A stretch of DNA of 64,000 bases from a virus (lineage: Duplodnaviria > Caudoviricetes): IMG/VR virus record IMGVR_UViG_3300038443_002533, positions 208,471 through 272,470 of that record. The stretch is one strand, 5' to 3'. The notes beneath the pieces are model-generated. The model worked only from the letters and a program-made list of their open reading frames with translations. It searched no databases and was not told where the DNA came from. This document shows, one piece after another, positions 36,061-44,899 of this stretch. A program made the translations under genes and the position numbers. Position 1 is the first letter of the stretch. Each line of letters opens with the position of its first letter.

Positions 36061-36780
36061 TTATTTTTTTGCTTCTTTGGAGAGCAACTCGTCTTTGGGC
36101 CAGTACACGAGGAACTTGGCTTGACGTGCTTCCACCCGACCCGGGTACTTACTGTTGATCATGCAGAACGATTCACCGTAGCCCGCGACCTTGACATTGG
36201 CTTGCGGGCATTGCTGATCGAGATGACCGAACCATTGATCGGCTTGACACCCTGGCGTTGTCCGGCACGAACGGATGCGTTTGGTCACACTTCCGAACCC
36301 GCCGTTATACGTGGCCCCATCGCACGCCTTGATGTTACGGTTCCCCGACAGTACCGCCCGACAGTTGCGCTCGTTGACTTTCATCTTGAGCACCAACCCG
36401 CGGAGCTGGTATTGTGCGTTGTAGCAATCGGCCCAGGTCCAACCCTTCAGTGTTGGGTCGAGCCGTTTGGTTTCTTCCAACGCATCAAAGCGCACATTGC
36501 CTTGGGCATCGTACGCTTTAGTGAACTGACCCAGACCACAACCAAACTCGCGTGAGGTCTTCAAGGTAGCTTTGATCTTCCAGTTCGACTCTTGGTCGGG
36601 AATCGCCGCCATCCAACTGCGCGGGGTCAGATCCGGCCAGTAAGTCTCGATCTCGTGATTGAGAATCGGCAGACCACTGGCGGCATCCCCGGGTAGCTTC
36701 TGCGCGAAGGCGCCGGTAACGGCGAGCACGTAGAACAGAAAGAACATCGCCACCCCGACGATGATGTTAGCGACCCGCAT
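36061..36780 (-). CDS. SLT-family lytic transglycosylase with N-terminal membrane/signal segment (endolysin candidate)
   Basis: MRVANIIVGVAMFFLFYVLAVTGAFA leader; catalytic DQESNW, GLGQF, TYNGG motifs; several Cys. Confidence 0.8.
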   Translation of the reverse strand: MRVANIIVGVAMFFLFYVLAVTGAFAQKLPGDAASGLPILNHEIETYWPDLTPRSWMAAIPDQESNWKIKATLKTSREFGCGLGQFTKAYDAQGNVRFDALEETKRLDPTLKGWTWADCYNAQYQLRGLVLKMKVNERNCRAVLSGNRNIKACDGATYNGGFGSVTKRIRSCRTTPGCQADQWFGHLDQQCPQANVKVAGYGESFCMINSKYPGRVEARQAKFLVYWPKDELLSKEAKK

Positions 36781-36782
36781 GG

Positions 36783-37184
36783 TTATTGCGCCAGGTAGAT
36801 CAACACCACCACACGGAACGCCCATTGCACGGTATTGACCGCATGCAGGGCCACCGCCGCACCCGGATGGAAGCGGGCTTCACCCAGCGCATCATTCAAA
36901 CCATGACGGGTATCGACCGTACTGGGTTGCGTCGCGAAACGAATCCAGAACACGCTCATTTCGATGAACGTGAGTTTGGCCGATGCCAGCATCATCGGAA
37001 TGAATTCCGGGAAGCGGTGCACCAGGGCGAAGCGATCGCTCATGCCCGAGTCGACCAAATGGTCCACCAGCGCGAAGCCGAACGATGTCAGCAGAGCCAG
37101 CGCTACGCTGCGCGCGAACATGCGTTGGAACAGATCCCAGCTTTGCTGGGTGAATTCAAACAACTTACGGTGTAGTCGGGACAT
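36783..37184 (-). CDS. Putative holin-like membrane protein
   Basis: AAGGAGG RBS before ATG 37184; about three hydrophobic segments; stop lies 2 nt before the transglycosylase start. Confidence 0.5.
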   Translation of the reverse strand: MSRLHRKLFEFTQQSWDLFQRMFARSVALALLTSFGFALVDHLVDSGMSDRFALVHRFPEFIPMMLASAKLTFIEMSVFWIRFATQPSTVDTRHGLNDALGEARFHPGAAVALHAVNTVQWAFRVVVLIYLAQ

Positions 37185-37395
37185 GAAGTCCTCCTTTGGC
37201 TTTGCGGGCTGCGCTTTGCTCTGGCGTGAGCCACGCACCGCTTAAGGTTTGGAAATAGCCGACGTTGACATCGTCCGGGATTTCTAGATAGTTATCCGCC
37301 TGATCGACACCCACGTGTTCTTCGATGCTGTGGCCTACGGGCAACTCAATGACCGCTACCACCACATTCTTGTACAATCGCCCGTAGCGTACCAT
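37165..37395 (-). CDS. Small fibre-associated protein (76 aa)
   Basis: YGRLYKNVVVAVIE...LEIPDDVNVGY resembles small proteins that usually accompany Gly-rich phage fibre genes. Confidence 0.5.
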   Translation of the reverse strand: MVRYGRLYKNVVVAVIELPVGHSIEEHVGVDQADNYLEIPDDVNVGYFQTLSGAWLTPEQSAARKAKGGLHVPTTP

Positions 37396-37488
37396 GTTAA
37401 TACCTTTGAAGAATGAAGTTGCGAAGGCGTCAACGCCTCCATAACAATGGATGATGTTTTCTTCGCAGCAACATTCTGCTACAAAGGT

Positions 37489-38553
37489 TTAACCCACATC
37501 CGAGGAAACGAGTTTACCGATCCACGTGACACCACCGTCATAGGTAGTGAATTCGTATTCGCTGATCGAGTTAGCCGCAGCCACTCGGGTCGGTACGGTT
37601 TTGTTCGGCCACAGGATCGGCGAGGCGAACGCGATACTACGGTTACCCACTGCATCATTACGAATCAGCACCCCGAACTTGAGGTAATCGTTTCCAGCCA
37701 GACCCGTGATCCCAGTCAGATCGAACTGGAACGTGGTGTTGCTGTTGAGCGCTACCACGAAGCGATTGGCCTGGCTCAAGTTGAACTTGGTGACGGCGCT
37801 GGCCGCGGTCAGCTGTTTAACGATTTCACGGTGGCCGGCTTTGAAGTAGCCATACCCATCCACGGTCAGGCGACCAAACAACTCACCACCGGCTGCATTG
37901 AATGGGGTGTAGCCGAGCGTGTTGACGATGGATTGCGCAGTCGAGCGCGATTGCACCATGGCGTCGATCACCGATTGCATATTCGCCAACTGGCCGTTCA
38001 GGTAATCGTACACACCCTTTTGACCAGCCGCCGAACCGAGCAGCACGCCGTCACGCAGACGATCGATCGCCGCCGACAGGTATTCGAAGCCGTACAGATC
38101 ACCCGCATCGTGCAGGTGCGGGGCCGGTGGGTAACCATCGGGTTTACCGATGATGTTGTCGAATTGGATCGTGCGGCTATCCAGCCCCAGGTCTTTCACC
38201 AGTTGCACAATCGCGTCATAGCTGAAGCTGTATTCGCCGCCCAGCATCTGCGCATCGAGCATGACATTCGCGCCACAGGTCGCGTCGGTGATGACGAGGA
38301 TCTGGTGGATCTCACGGCCAGTCCGTGCAGTCGGATCGGTGTAGAGGATACTCGGGTAGTAATCCACCCCTTTGGTCAAGGTGCGGTTGGTCGCCACATC
38401 ACGCAGGGCGATCGAGTCGGTGAAGAACGCGCCGTAGTTGGGCACGAGGATGCGGATATTCGTACCAGGCAACACATGCAATTCATTCGTCACACGGTTA
38501 CTGACAGCCGCACCCGTCAAATCAAGCGGGTATTTGACTGGAACTAAAGACAT
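37489..38553 (-). CDS. Tail-fibre/adaptor protein, paralogue of 43667-44899
   Basis: N-terminal YPLDLTG..SNRVTNE; central FDNIIGKPDGYPPAPHLH; C-terminal NLSQANRF...WP...P....YDGGVTWIG domain. Confidence 0.7.
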   Translation of the reverse strand: MSLVPVKYPLDLTGAAVSNRVTNELHVLPGTNIRILVPNYGAFFTDSIALRDVATNRTLTKGVDYYPSILYTDPTARTGREIHQILVITDATCGANVMLDAQMLGGEYSFSYDAIVQLVKDLGLDSRTIQFDNIIGKPDGYPPAPHLHDAGDLYGFEYLSAAIDRLRDGVLLGSAAGQKGVYDYLNGQLANMQSVIDAMVQSRSTAQSIVNTLGYTPFNAAGGELFGRLTVDGYGYFKAGHREIVKQLTAASAVTKFNLSQANRFVVALNSNTTFQFDLTGITGLAGNDYLKFGVLIRNDAVGNRSIAFASPILWPNKTVPTRVAAANSISEYEFTTYDGGVTWIGKLVSSDVG

Positions 38554-38580
38554 AAAGGGCTCCGAGATCAGAAATAATAA

Positions 38581-38615
38581 TGCCAGCTAGGCCCTTGACA
38601 GGACCTAAGCTGGCA
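38581..38615 (-). terminator. Hairpin with U-rich tail on - strand
   Basis: TGCCAGCTAGG...CCTAAGCTGGCA; reads TTATTATTTCT downstream on the - strand. Confidence 0.5.
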
Positions 38616-38634
38616 CGGGAATAAAGCGAGTTAC

Positions 38635-39105
38635 TTAACCGCCAGGAAGAGGCGGCACCGTAGGCCATACGATGTTGTAGGGGTCCGGATTGGTGGTGGG
38701 CAAATCACGGATCGCTTGCATGTATTGCAGCACGGGATTGATGTTCTCAGTGTGCGGCAGATCCAGCGCAGTTTCGTCGTTGTAGCGATCCACACGCCAA
38801 CGCTGTGCATCGATCAACTCACTGCGGGTAGCATCCAAGCTATTCCACTTGAGTTCCCAGGCGCCCGCACGGGCGATGCCGATAGCAGCCGAACTGACAC
38901 CGGCGGCCAACGCGTCCGCTTCCATGACGAAGCCGAGGTCCAGGTACTTGGTATCGGCCCAGGTCGCATGCAGGTCTTGCAGCACCGCATAGTCGACATC
39001 CGACAACCCGGTGATGGTGCCATACACCGCCGGCACGTCGCCCGCGTACAGTATCGCTTTGGTGGTTTTGTTAATCAGGTAAACCAACCCTGTGACACGA
39101 CTCAT
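38635..39105 (-). CDS. Tail-fibre assembly chaperone-like protein
   Basis: C-terminal W....TRSELI...W.VD....YMQAIRDLPTTNPDPYNIVWPTVP, the phage tail assembly chaperone pattern (YRQALRDLP....P..I.WP..P). Confidence 0.7.
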   Translation of the reverse strand: MSRVTGLVYLINKTTKAILYAGDVPAVYGTITGLSDVDYAVLQDLHATWADTKYLDLGFVMEADALAAGVSSAAIGIARAGAWELKWNSLDATRSELIDAQRWRVDRYNDETALDLPHTENINPVLQYMQAIRDLPTTNPDPYNIVWPTVPPLPGG

Positions 39106-39878
39106 TCTTGCACCTCGCTGGTGGTAACTTTCTTAAAGTGGAACATGCGTCGATAGGCGCCCATGCGTCGCGATGGGAAGCCATAACGCTGTTGATCGAT
39201 TTCGGTCGGGGTGCCTTTACCACACACGCCATGATAGCTGGTGCGTTTAAACGGCAGTGCTTGCAAAATCACTTCCCCTGCCGGGATCACGATTTCACAC
39301 GGGCGGATCACCGTTAAGATGATGTTGGCCGTATGAAAGTTTTCATAGTCCACCGTGCCGGGATAGATGAAGATCTTGTCCAGATGGGGGAAATGCATCA
39401 GCGCCGGTACCAAATGCACCGAATGTCCCGGTTCCGTGAAGATACTCCACGGCAGCGGTACCTTAAACACCTTGCACTTCACCCCATCGATGGGCGGCAA
39501 GCCTTGAATGACTTCGACATCCATCTCGGTCGGGTGCAATTGCTGGTCGACGATATGCGGTGTACTGACCACCACCCCAGCGCTGTTGGCTTTGATGTGG
39601 ATGTCGGTATGCGCACGAATCAAGAAGCCTTCTTGCATGTAGTCGTGCATGCCAGGACAGCGCACGAACTTCACCGGTTTCTTTTCCAGCTTGGCACGGC
39701 TGATCTGTTGACGCAACCATTCCGGGATTACGCCTTTGGCCGCCACCACTGGATTGATGTGGTGATACGCCCCGGTGGTGCTTTTAAAGCGTACCACCGA
39801 GTTCGCACTCCAGCGTTGCACCCGGCGACTGAGCGTGCTTAAACCATGCACCAAACCATCGAGCAGGCGGGCAATCAT
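39102..39878 (-). CDS. dUTPase-fold-like protein of unknown function, paralogue 2
   Basis: IPEWLR, RCPGMHDYMQEGF, PWSIFTEPGHS, GTVDY, IPAGEVILQALPFKR; 4-nt overlaps at both ends. Confidence 0.55.
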   Translation of the reverse strand: MIARLLDGLVHGLSTLSRRVQRWSANSVVRFKSTTGAYHHINPVVAAKGVIPEWLRQQISRAKLEKKPVKFVRCPGMHDYMQEGFLIRAHTDIHIKANSAGVVVSTPHIVDQQLHPTEMDVEVIQGLPPIDGVKCKVFKVPLPWSIFTEPGHSVHLVPALMHFPHLDKIFIYPGTVDYENFHTANIILTVIRPCEIVIPAGEVILQALPFKRTSYHGVCGKGTPTEIDQQRYGFPSRRMGAYRRMFHFKKVTTSEVQE

Positions 39879-40681
39879 TTACGTGGCTCCCGCAATTCTT
39901 TGGTGTAGTAATTGCTGCGCGCATTCTGGACCCGTGCCGTGGTGTCGAGCGCATGCCGTTCCGCGTGGGTCATGACCCGGGTGATGATATCCCGCGGTAC
40001 GTCGGCCCGTTTGAACGGAATCGCAGTCACCAGCGGCGTACCAGCACGCACCAAGCCATCGTGTTCCTTAGCGAACCACAGGCCCGGGAAGTTGACTTGG
40101 CGATGGTAGGTATCGGTGTCCACCACCGCACCCAGACAACGGAACCGGTCTTCCGCCGTATGGTTCAGCGGCGGGATGAAGAGCGTCGAGTAACCAGGGC
40201 GCGTGCGAATCAGCCAGGGGTTGTGAAACTTCACCGCCGGCATCGGGTACGTCGGGTAGTGGTCACCCAGTTGGTCTTTCGAGTGCGTCGAAATCGCATT
40301 GAACGTCGACCCCGAACGCACTTCGATGTTCTTGCCATCGCCATTGGTGCGGACAAACGCATCCGCAGCCAGGACCATGGTGTAACCCAGCCCCATGCCA
40401 TCCAGGAGCGGGATGCAGCTCTTGGCGGTCATGGCCTTGGCACCGAACTGATCACGCGCGGCTTGACCGCCCCCCGGGATTTCCATCGGGATCTTCTTCC
40501 ACCACTCCGCCACGTGTTTGAATGCCGGGACCGGTGGCAGCAGAATACCGTTCCATTGCGGTTCGATGGAGAACTCGATGATGGGGATCTGTTGATCCAG
40601 GTCTTCTTGCGTGGTGGGACGCAGACCCAGGTCGAGCAGACGCTCTTCAGTCAATAAAAAACGAATTAAACGGTTCAGCAT
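39875..40681 (-). CDS. dUTPase-fold-like protein of unknown function, paralogue 1
   Basis: AEWWKK, SCIPLLDGMGLGY, PWLIRTRPGYS, GAVVDTD, VRAGTPLVTAIPFKR; start ATG 40681 preferred over track start 40723. Confidence 0.55.
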   Translation of the reverse strand: MLNRLIRFLLTEERLLDLGLRPTTQEDLDQQIPIIEFSIEPQWNGILLPPVPAFKHVAEWWKKIPMEIPGGGQAARDQFGAKAMTAKSCIPLLDGMGLGYTMVLAADAFVRTNGDGKNIEVRSGSTFNAISTHSKDQLGDHYPTYPMPAVKFHNPWLIRTRPGYSTLFIPPLNHTAEDRFRCLGAVVDTDTYHRQVNFPGLWFAKEHDGLVRAGTPLVTAIPFKRADVPRDIITRVMTHAERHALDTTARVQNARSNYYTKELREPRK

Positions 40682-40695
40682 AACGTACTTTCCGA

Positions 40696-41364
40696 TTAGC
40701 AGATCTTGGGACCCAGCGCCCACACCACGATCGATGCCCGTTTACCCGAGGTCACGGGACGAACGCGGTGCGGAATGTGCGAGTAAAAGAACACCATCGT
40801 GCCGGCAGCGGGTTTCAGCAACACGGTACGGTCGGGGTTGCCACCGATGTTCAGTTCGAGTTCACCACCCTCGTACTCTTCCGGACCGGTCAGCATCAGG
40901 ACCGCTGACAACTTCCGGTGTTCGTTACTCTCCAGGTCTTCATGGGCATCGACGTGCCAGTCGTAATGCTGATTGAGGCCGTACTTGGTGAATTGCATTG
41001 GGTGGAACGAATCGAGCAGCATCTGGAACTTATCGCGGTTCACCATGCCAACGATATCCGCCATCTTGCCAATCAGTTCACGCCGCTGCTGGAGTTCCGG
41101 CAGGGCCGGGTCGTCATTGATCCAGGCGATTTCGGAATCACGCACCTTGCTATCTTTGACATTGCTGCCCACCAGGCCGGCTTGGAAGATCATCAGATCG
41201 CCCAAGTCGAGGATGCGTTTGCATTCATCGCGCTCGACTTTGTATACCGGCGCTTCGCCCGGCTTTTCGGCAACCCAACCATTGCCGAATGCATTGAACA
41301 GTTCCACATACGACTTGTACGCGAAGGTGCGTTGGGGGATCGAGTAACGGATCGGCTGATTCAT
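40696..41364 (-). CDS. 2OG-Fe(II) oxygenase, prolyl-4-hydroxylase/PKHD-like
   Basis: Fe triad HVD (YDWHVDA) and H (IPHRV); 2OG-binding Arg (GKRASIV); RKLS and YEGGEL. Confidence 0.9.
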   Translation of the reverse strand: MNQPIRYSIPQRTFAYKSYVELFNAFGNGWVAEKPGEAPVYKVERDECKRILDLGDLMIFQAGLVGSNVKDSKVRDSEIAWINDDPALPELQQRRELIGKMADIVGMVNRDKFQMLLDSFHPMQFTKYGLNQHYDWHVDAHEDLESNEHRKLSAVLMLTGPEEYEGGELELNIGGNPDRTVLLKPAAGTMVFFYSHIPHRVRPVTSGKRASIVVWALGPKIC

Positions 41365-41382
41365 GGTAGTTTCCTTAGTTTT

Positions 41383-43647
41383 TTAGAACTGTTGTTTAAT
41401 GACCACTTGGGCACCGGGTCCCACAGTTACCGGTGTGCCATTGGCGGAATAGGCTACAGTGACAACTTGTTCTGCCACATAATTGCCAGCGGTGGCCGCA
41501 GGGGCCCCTGGGAAGGTCACCCCCAGCGCTTGGAACGGTGCCGAAGCAACCCCTGGGGTGGACGGATTGTAGATCGCCGTCCCCGGTGCAGTGGGGTTGT
41601 AGTTGGCATTCCCCGGCATGACCGGATTGTAATTCGCCGTTCCTGGACTGGTCGGGTTGTAATACGCCGTGCCCGGGGTGGTCGGATTATAATTGGCCGT
41701 ACCAGGTGTCGCTGGGTTGTAATACGCATTGCCAGGTGTCGACGGGTTGTAACTGGCATTTCCGCCCGTGGGGGAGTTATAGTTCGCCGTCCCATCCGCG
41801 GTTGGGTTGTACCCGGTGTAACCCGGATTGGTGTACGCGGGCGCGTAACTTCCCGGGTTGGTGTTACCCGGTACATACGACGGTGGGTTCGACACGTTGT
41901 AGCTCGTGTAGCCCGGGGTATACGTACCCGGGTTGGTCGTACCCGCATCCAGAATACATTCGATGGTCTGGACGTAGTTCTGGTTACCTTCGTAGTTCGG
42001 CGGGTTGGTCCACGCATAGGCCCAGCCAGTCGGACAGGTCTCCTGCATCTGTATTTCGGTGTACTGCGCATCCGTGTTCACGTTACCCGGGGTGTACGTC
42101 GGCGAATACGTGACCGGGTTACCGGGTGCGTACGAACCTGGGTTGGTATTGCCCGGGGTGTACGAAGCTGGCACGTAGTTACCTGGCACGGTGTAGCTGT
42201 TGCCTGGGGTCGGTGGGTTGTACCCACTGATGTTGCCCGGTACCACGGGGTTGGTACCCGCATAGTTGCCTGGCGTGGCAGGGTTATAGCCGGAGACATT
42301 CCCCGGTTGATCCGGGTTGTAGCCCGATACGTTCCCTGGCGTCGCAGGATTGGTCCCGGCATAATTGCCCGGGCTCGGCGGATTGTAGCTGGCCAAATTA
42401 CCACCCGTCGGCGAGTTGTAATTGGCGATGTTCCCCGGGGTTGGCGGGTTGTACGCGATGTTACCCGGCGTCGGTGGGTTGTAATACGCGTTGCCCCCCG
42501 TCGGTGGATTGTAGTTCGCGGTACCACCCGTGGTCGGGTTATACGTCGGATTACCACCCGATGGCGGTGTCCCAGGGTTGGTCACTACGTTGCCCGGTAC
42601 GACCGGGTTATAACCAGCGATGTTACCCGGCGTCGGGCTGTTGTAGTTGGCGTTACCGCTGATGGGCGGATTATAGTTGGCCGTACCGCCGGTGGTGGGG
42701 TTATAGCTGGTATTACCCGGAGTGTAGCTCGGCGAGTTGCTGTAGCCGGGGCTATACGTACCGGGGTTGGTGTAGTTGGTCGAGGCCGTGTACGTACCCG
42801 GATTGTAGTACGCTGGCGTGTAGCTGCCAGGATTGGTGGCTGGGTTGCCGGGGGTGGTATACGCCGTGTTGTAGCTCGTGTTGCCGGGCGTATAAGTCCC
42901 AGGGTTGGTGTTACCCGGCACGTAGATATCGCAAACTTTGTGTGGTTTACCCAAGTCGTCGTAGGTGTAACCCGCGAAGGTCCAGCCCGATGGACACGGA
43001 ATGAATCCACCAGGACCATACCCCGTCGTGATTTCGTCATCGTAGCCTGCGTTGGTGTTACCCGGGGTGTACGTGGCCGGATTGGTGTAGGCCGTACTCG
43101 GCACATACGTCGGTGGATTGGTATATGCCGTCCCTGGGGTATAACTCGCAGGTACCAAGTTCCCGGGCGTGTAACTGGCCGGATTCGAGGCCGGGTTCCC
43201 AGGCGAATAGCTCGGCGGTACGTAGTTGCCCGGGGTGTACGTGCCAGGGTTGCTGTACGAATTCCCCGGTACCACGGGATTGTAGCTGGCCACATTTCCA
43301 GGTGAACCAGGATTGTAGTTAGCGACTGTCCCGGGGATGGTGGGGTTGTAATACGCGGTACCCGGGGTGGTGGGGTTGTACACCACATTGCCGGGCACCA
43401 CGGGATTATACCCTACGACGTTGCCAGGCGAAACCGGGTTGTAGCCGGCGATGTTACCGGGGGTGGGAGGATTATACTGCGCGTTACCGCCCACCGGCGC
43501 ATTGCCTGGCGAACCGGTCCCGGATACGATGACGTGAAATTTACCATATGGCAAGGACACCATCCCCGGGGCATTGAACACCGAGGTATTGGGTACGATC
43601 CTAGCATTGGTCTTTTCACGCCTGAGTTTAGTAGTAAGCCGACTCAT
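41383..43647 (-). CDS. 754-aa Tyr-Asn-Pro repeat protein, probable virion fibre/whisker
   Basis: About 27 YNP (counted by eye) in 10-11-aa units YNPxxPG(N/T), plus YTPG/TNPG units; two CPxGW...C motifs. Confidence 0.8.
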   Translation of the reverse strand: MSRLTTKLRREKTNARIVPNTSVFNAPGMVSLPYGKFHVIVSGTGSPGNAPVGGNAQYNPPTPGNIAGYNPVSPGNVVGYNPVVPGNVVYNPTTPGTAYYNPTIPGTVANYNPGSPGNVASYNPVVPGNSYSNPGTYTPGNYVPPSYSPGNPASNPASYTPGNLVPASYTPGTAYTNPPTYVPSTAYTNPATYTPGNTNAGYDDEITTGYGPGGFIPCPSGWTFAGYTYDDLGKPHKVCDIYVPGNTNPGTYTPGNTSYNTAYTTPGNPATNPGSYTPAYYNPGTYTASTNYTNPGTYSPGYSNSPSYTPGNTSYNPTTGGTANYNPPISGNANYNSPTPGNIAGYNPVVPGNVVTNPGTPPSGGNPTYNPTTGGTANYNPPTGGNAYYNPPTPGNIAYNPPTPGNIANYNSPTGGNLASYNPPSPGNYAGTNPATPGNVSGYNPDQPGNVSGYNPATPGNYAGTNPVVPGNISGYNPPTPGNSYTVPGNYVPASYTPGNTNPGSYAPGNPVTYSPTYTPGNVNTDAQYTEIQMQETCPTGWAYAWTNPPNYEGNQNYVQTIECILDAGTTNPGTYTPGYTSYNVSNPPSYVPGNTNPGSYAPAYTNPGYTGYNPTADGTANYNSPTGGNASYNPSTPGNAYYNPATPGTANYNPTTPGTAYYNPTSPGTANYNPVMPGNANYNPTAPGTAIYNPSTPGVASAPFQALGVTFPGAPAATAGNYVAEQVVTVAYSANGTPVTVGPGAQVVIKQQF
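41570..43490 (-). repeat. Degenerate coding tandem repeat (30-33 nt units)
   Basis: Recurrent + strand GGGTTGTA/GGATTGTA/GGGTTATA words at about 30-33 nt spacing; synonymous sites are diverged. Confidence 0.85.
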
Positions 43648-43666
43648 GCTGTGGTACCTTTAGTAG

Positions 43667-44899
43667 TTAGCGCGGATTGGCGTTCGACATCGAGCCCGTC
43701 CAAGTGACCATGTTATCGTCCGAGACGAAATACCACAGGTCTTTGGCACCGGCCGAGGTGGTGCGTGGGGGCGGCGCACCGTCAACCCACTTGACGTTGT
43801 TGGGCCAAGCGATGGCGTAAGCGTTGCCGCTGTTGTCGTTGACCGTGGTGACGGCGAATTCCACCACCTTACCGGTCATGTCCCCGACACGGCTGGTGTC
43901 AAACCCGATCGAACCATTGCCAGCGATCGTGATGGTGAAGGCTTCCGCTTGGGAAATATCCACCGCCATGGTACTGGTCATATTCAACGCCACCAGATTT
44001 TGTGAACCGAGGCCACTGAATTGCGGCCGCAGGCTGTTGGCTTTCTTGCTCAGCGCGGTATTGATGGCATTGATCGAGCCTTGCAGCTTTTCAAACGCCA
44101 TCAACACCGTATCGCCTTCCGCCAGACTGTCCGCCACCAGATTGGCCAGATTGGTCAGGTGCGTGCTCAGCACCCGGTCTTCAGTGAAGTACTTGTTGGT
44201 ATTGCCTTCGCGGACTTGGTCGGTGTTGGCGGCAAAGCCGTCCAGAGCCAATTGAATCGCGAGGGACATCTCCGCCTTGGTCGGTACATTGAGTTGACTC
44301 GCCGACACCCCGTGTGGGTTTTCGTGGTCAGCGATGTGCAGCACCATGGCATTGCTGGCTTGGGTCAGGATCGCATCGACGATGCGGTTGATCGCATCCA
44401 CCACATCCTTCATACCGACCATGTCTTGCAGATTCCAAGCATGCGGCACCGGTGGGAATACGTTCGGGTAACCGGCGACCATGTCCCAGCTGGTGGTGCG
44501 CGGGTTATGCACTTGGTCTGCCAGCAGCGCCGTGATGGTGGCTGCGTCCAGCGTCCATTCACCACCGATGGTTTGGTATTGATTGAAGATCAGCGTGCCG
44601 ACCAGTTCCGTATTCAGGATCGTGATCGACCCGTAGATCGGGTGCATACAGGCGCGCGAGGCGCCGATGAATTCGTGGGAAAAGTAGTAATCCACCCCCT
44701 GCACCAGCGGCCGAATATCGCCTTGCAACGTCTTGAAGCTGAGCGACATGCTCTCGCCAAAGAACGGCGCGAGTTTCGGGATCACGAAGGTATAAGCGGC
44801 ACCGGCACCCGTGAGTGCCTGCAATTCGCCCTGGATGCGGTTAGCGGGAAGCTGACCCGTCGGATCAAAGGCATAAGTCGGATTGGCTAAGGTGGTCAT
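43667..44899 (-). CDS. Tail-fibre/adaptor protein (phiKZ-type N-terminal anchor)
   Basis: YAFDPTG..ANRIQGE; SWDMVAGYPNVFPPVPHAW; DHENPHGV; C-terminal DISQAEAF...WP..VKW....P...DDNMVTWTG. Confidence 0.7.
   Translation of the reverse strand: MTTLANPTYAFDPTGQLPANRIQGELQALTGAGAAYTFVIPKLAPFFGESMSLSFKTLQGDIRPLVQGVDYYFSHEFIGASRACMHPIYGSITILNTELVGTLIFNQYQTIGGEWTLDAATITALLADQVHNPRTTSWDMVAGYPNVFPPVPHAWNLQDMVGMKDVVDAINRIVDAILTQASNAMVLHIADHENPHGVSASQLNVPTKAEMSLAIQLALDGFAANTDQVREGNTNKYFTEDRVLSTHLTNLANLVADSLAEGDTVLMAFEKLQGSINAINTALSKKANSLRPQFSGLGSQNLVALNMTSTMAVDISQAEAFTITIAGNGSIGFDTSRVGDMTGKVVEFAVTTVNDNSGNAYAIAWPNNVKWVDGAPPPRTTSAGAKDLWYFVSDDNMVTWTGSMSNANPR

Noticed and set aside
39102-40681. Calling the paralogues active dUTPases/dCTP deaminases
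   Set aside because: Only partial motif III/IV resemblance; motifs I, II and V were not recognisable.
41383-43647. Regular 30-33 nt periodicity resembling a CRISPR array or collagen gene
   Set aside because: Units vary at synonymous positions with no constant repeat/unique spacer alternation and no cas genes. The protein lacks Gly-X-Y triplet periodicity.
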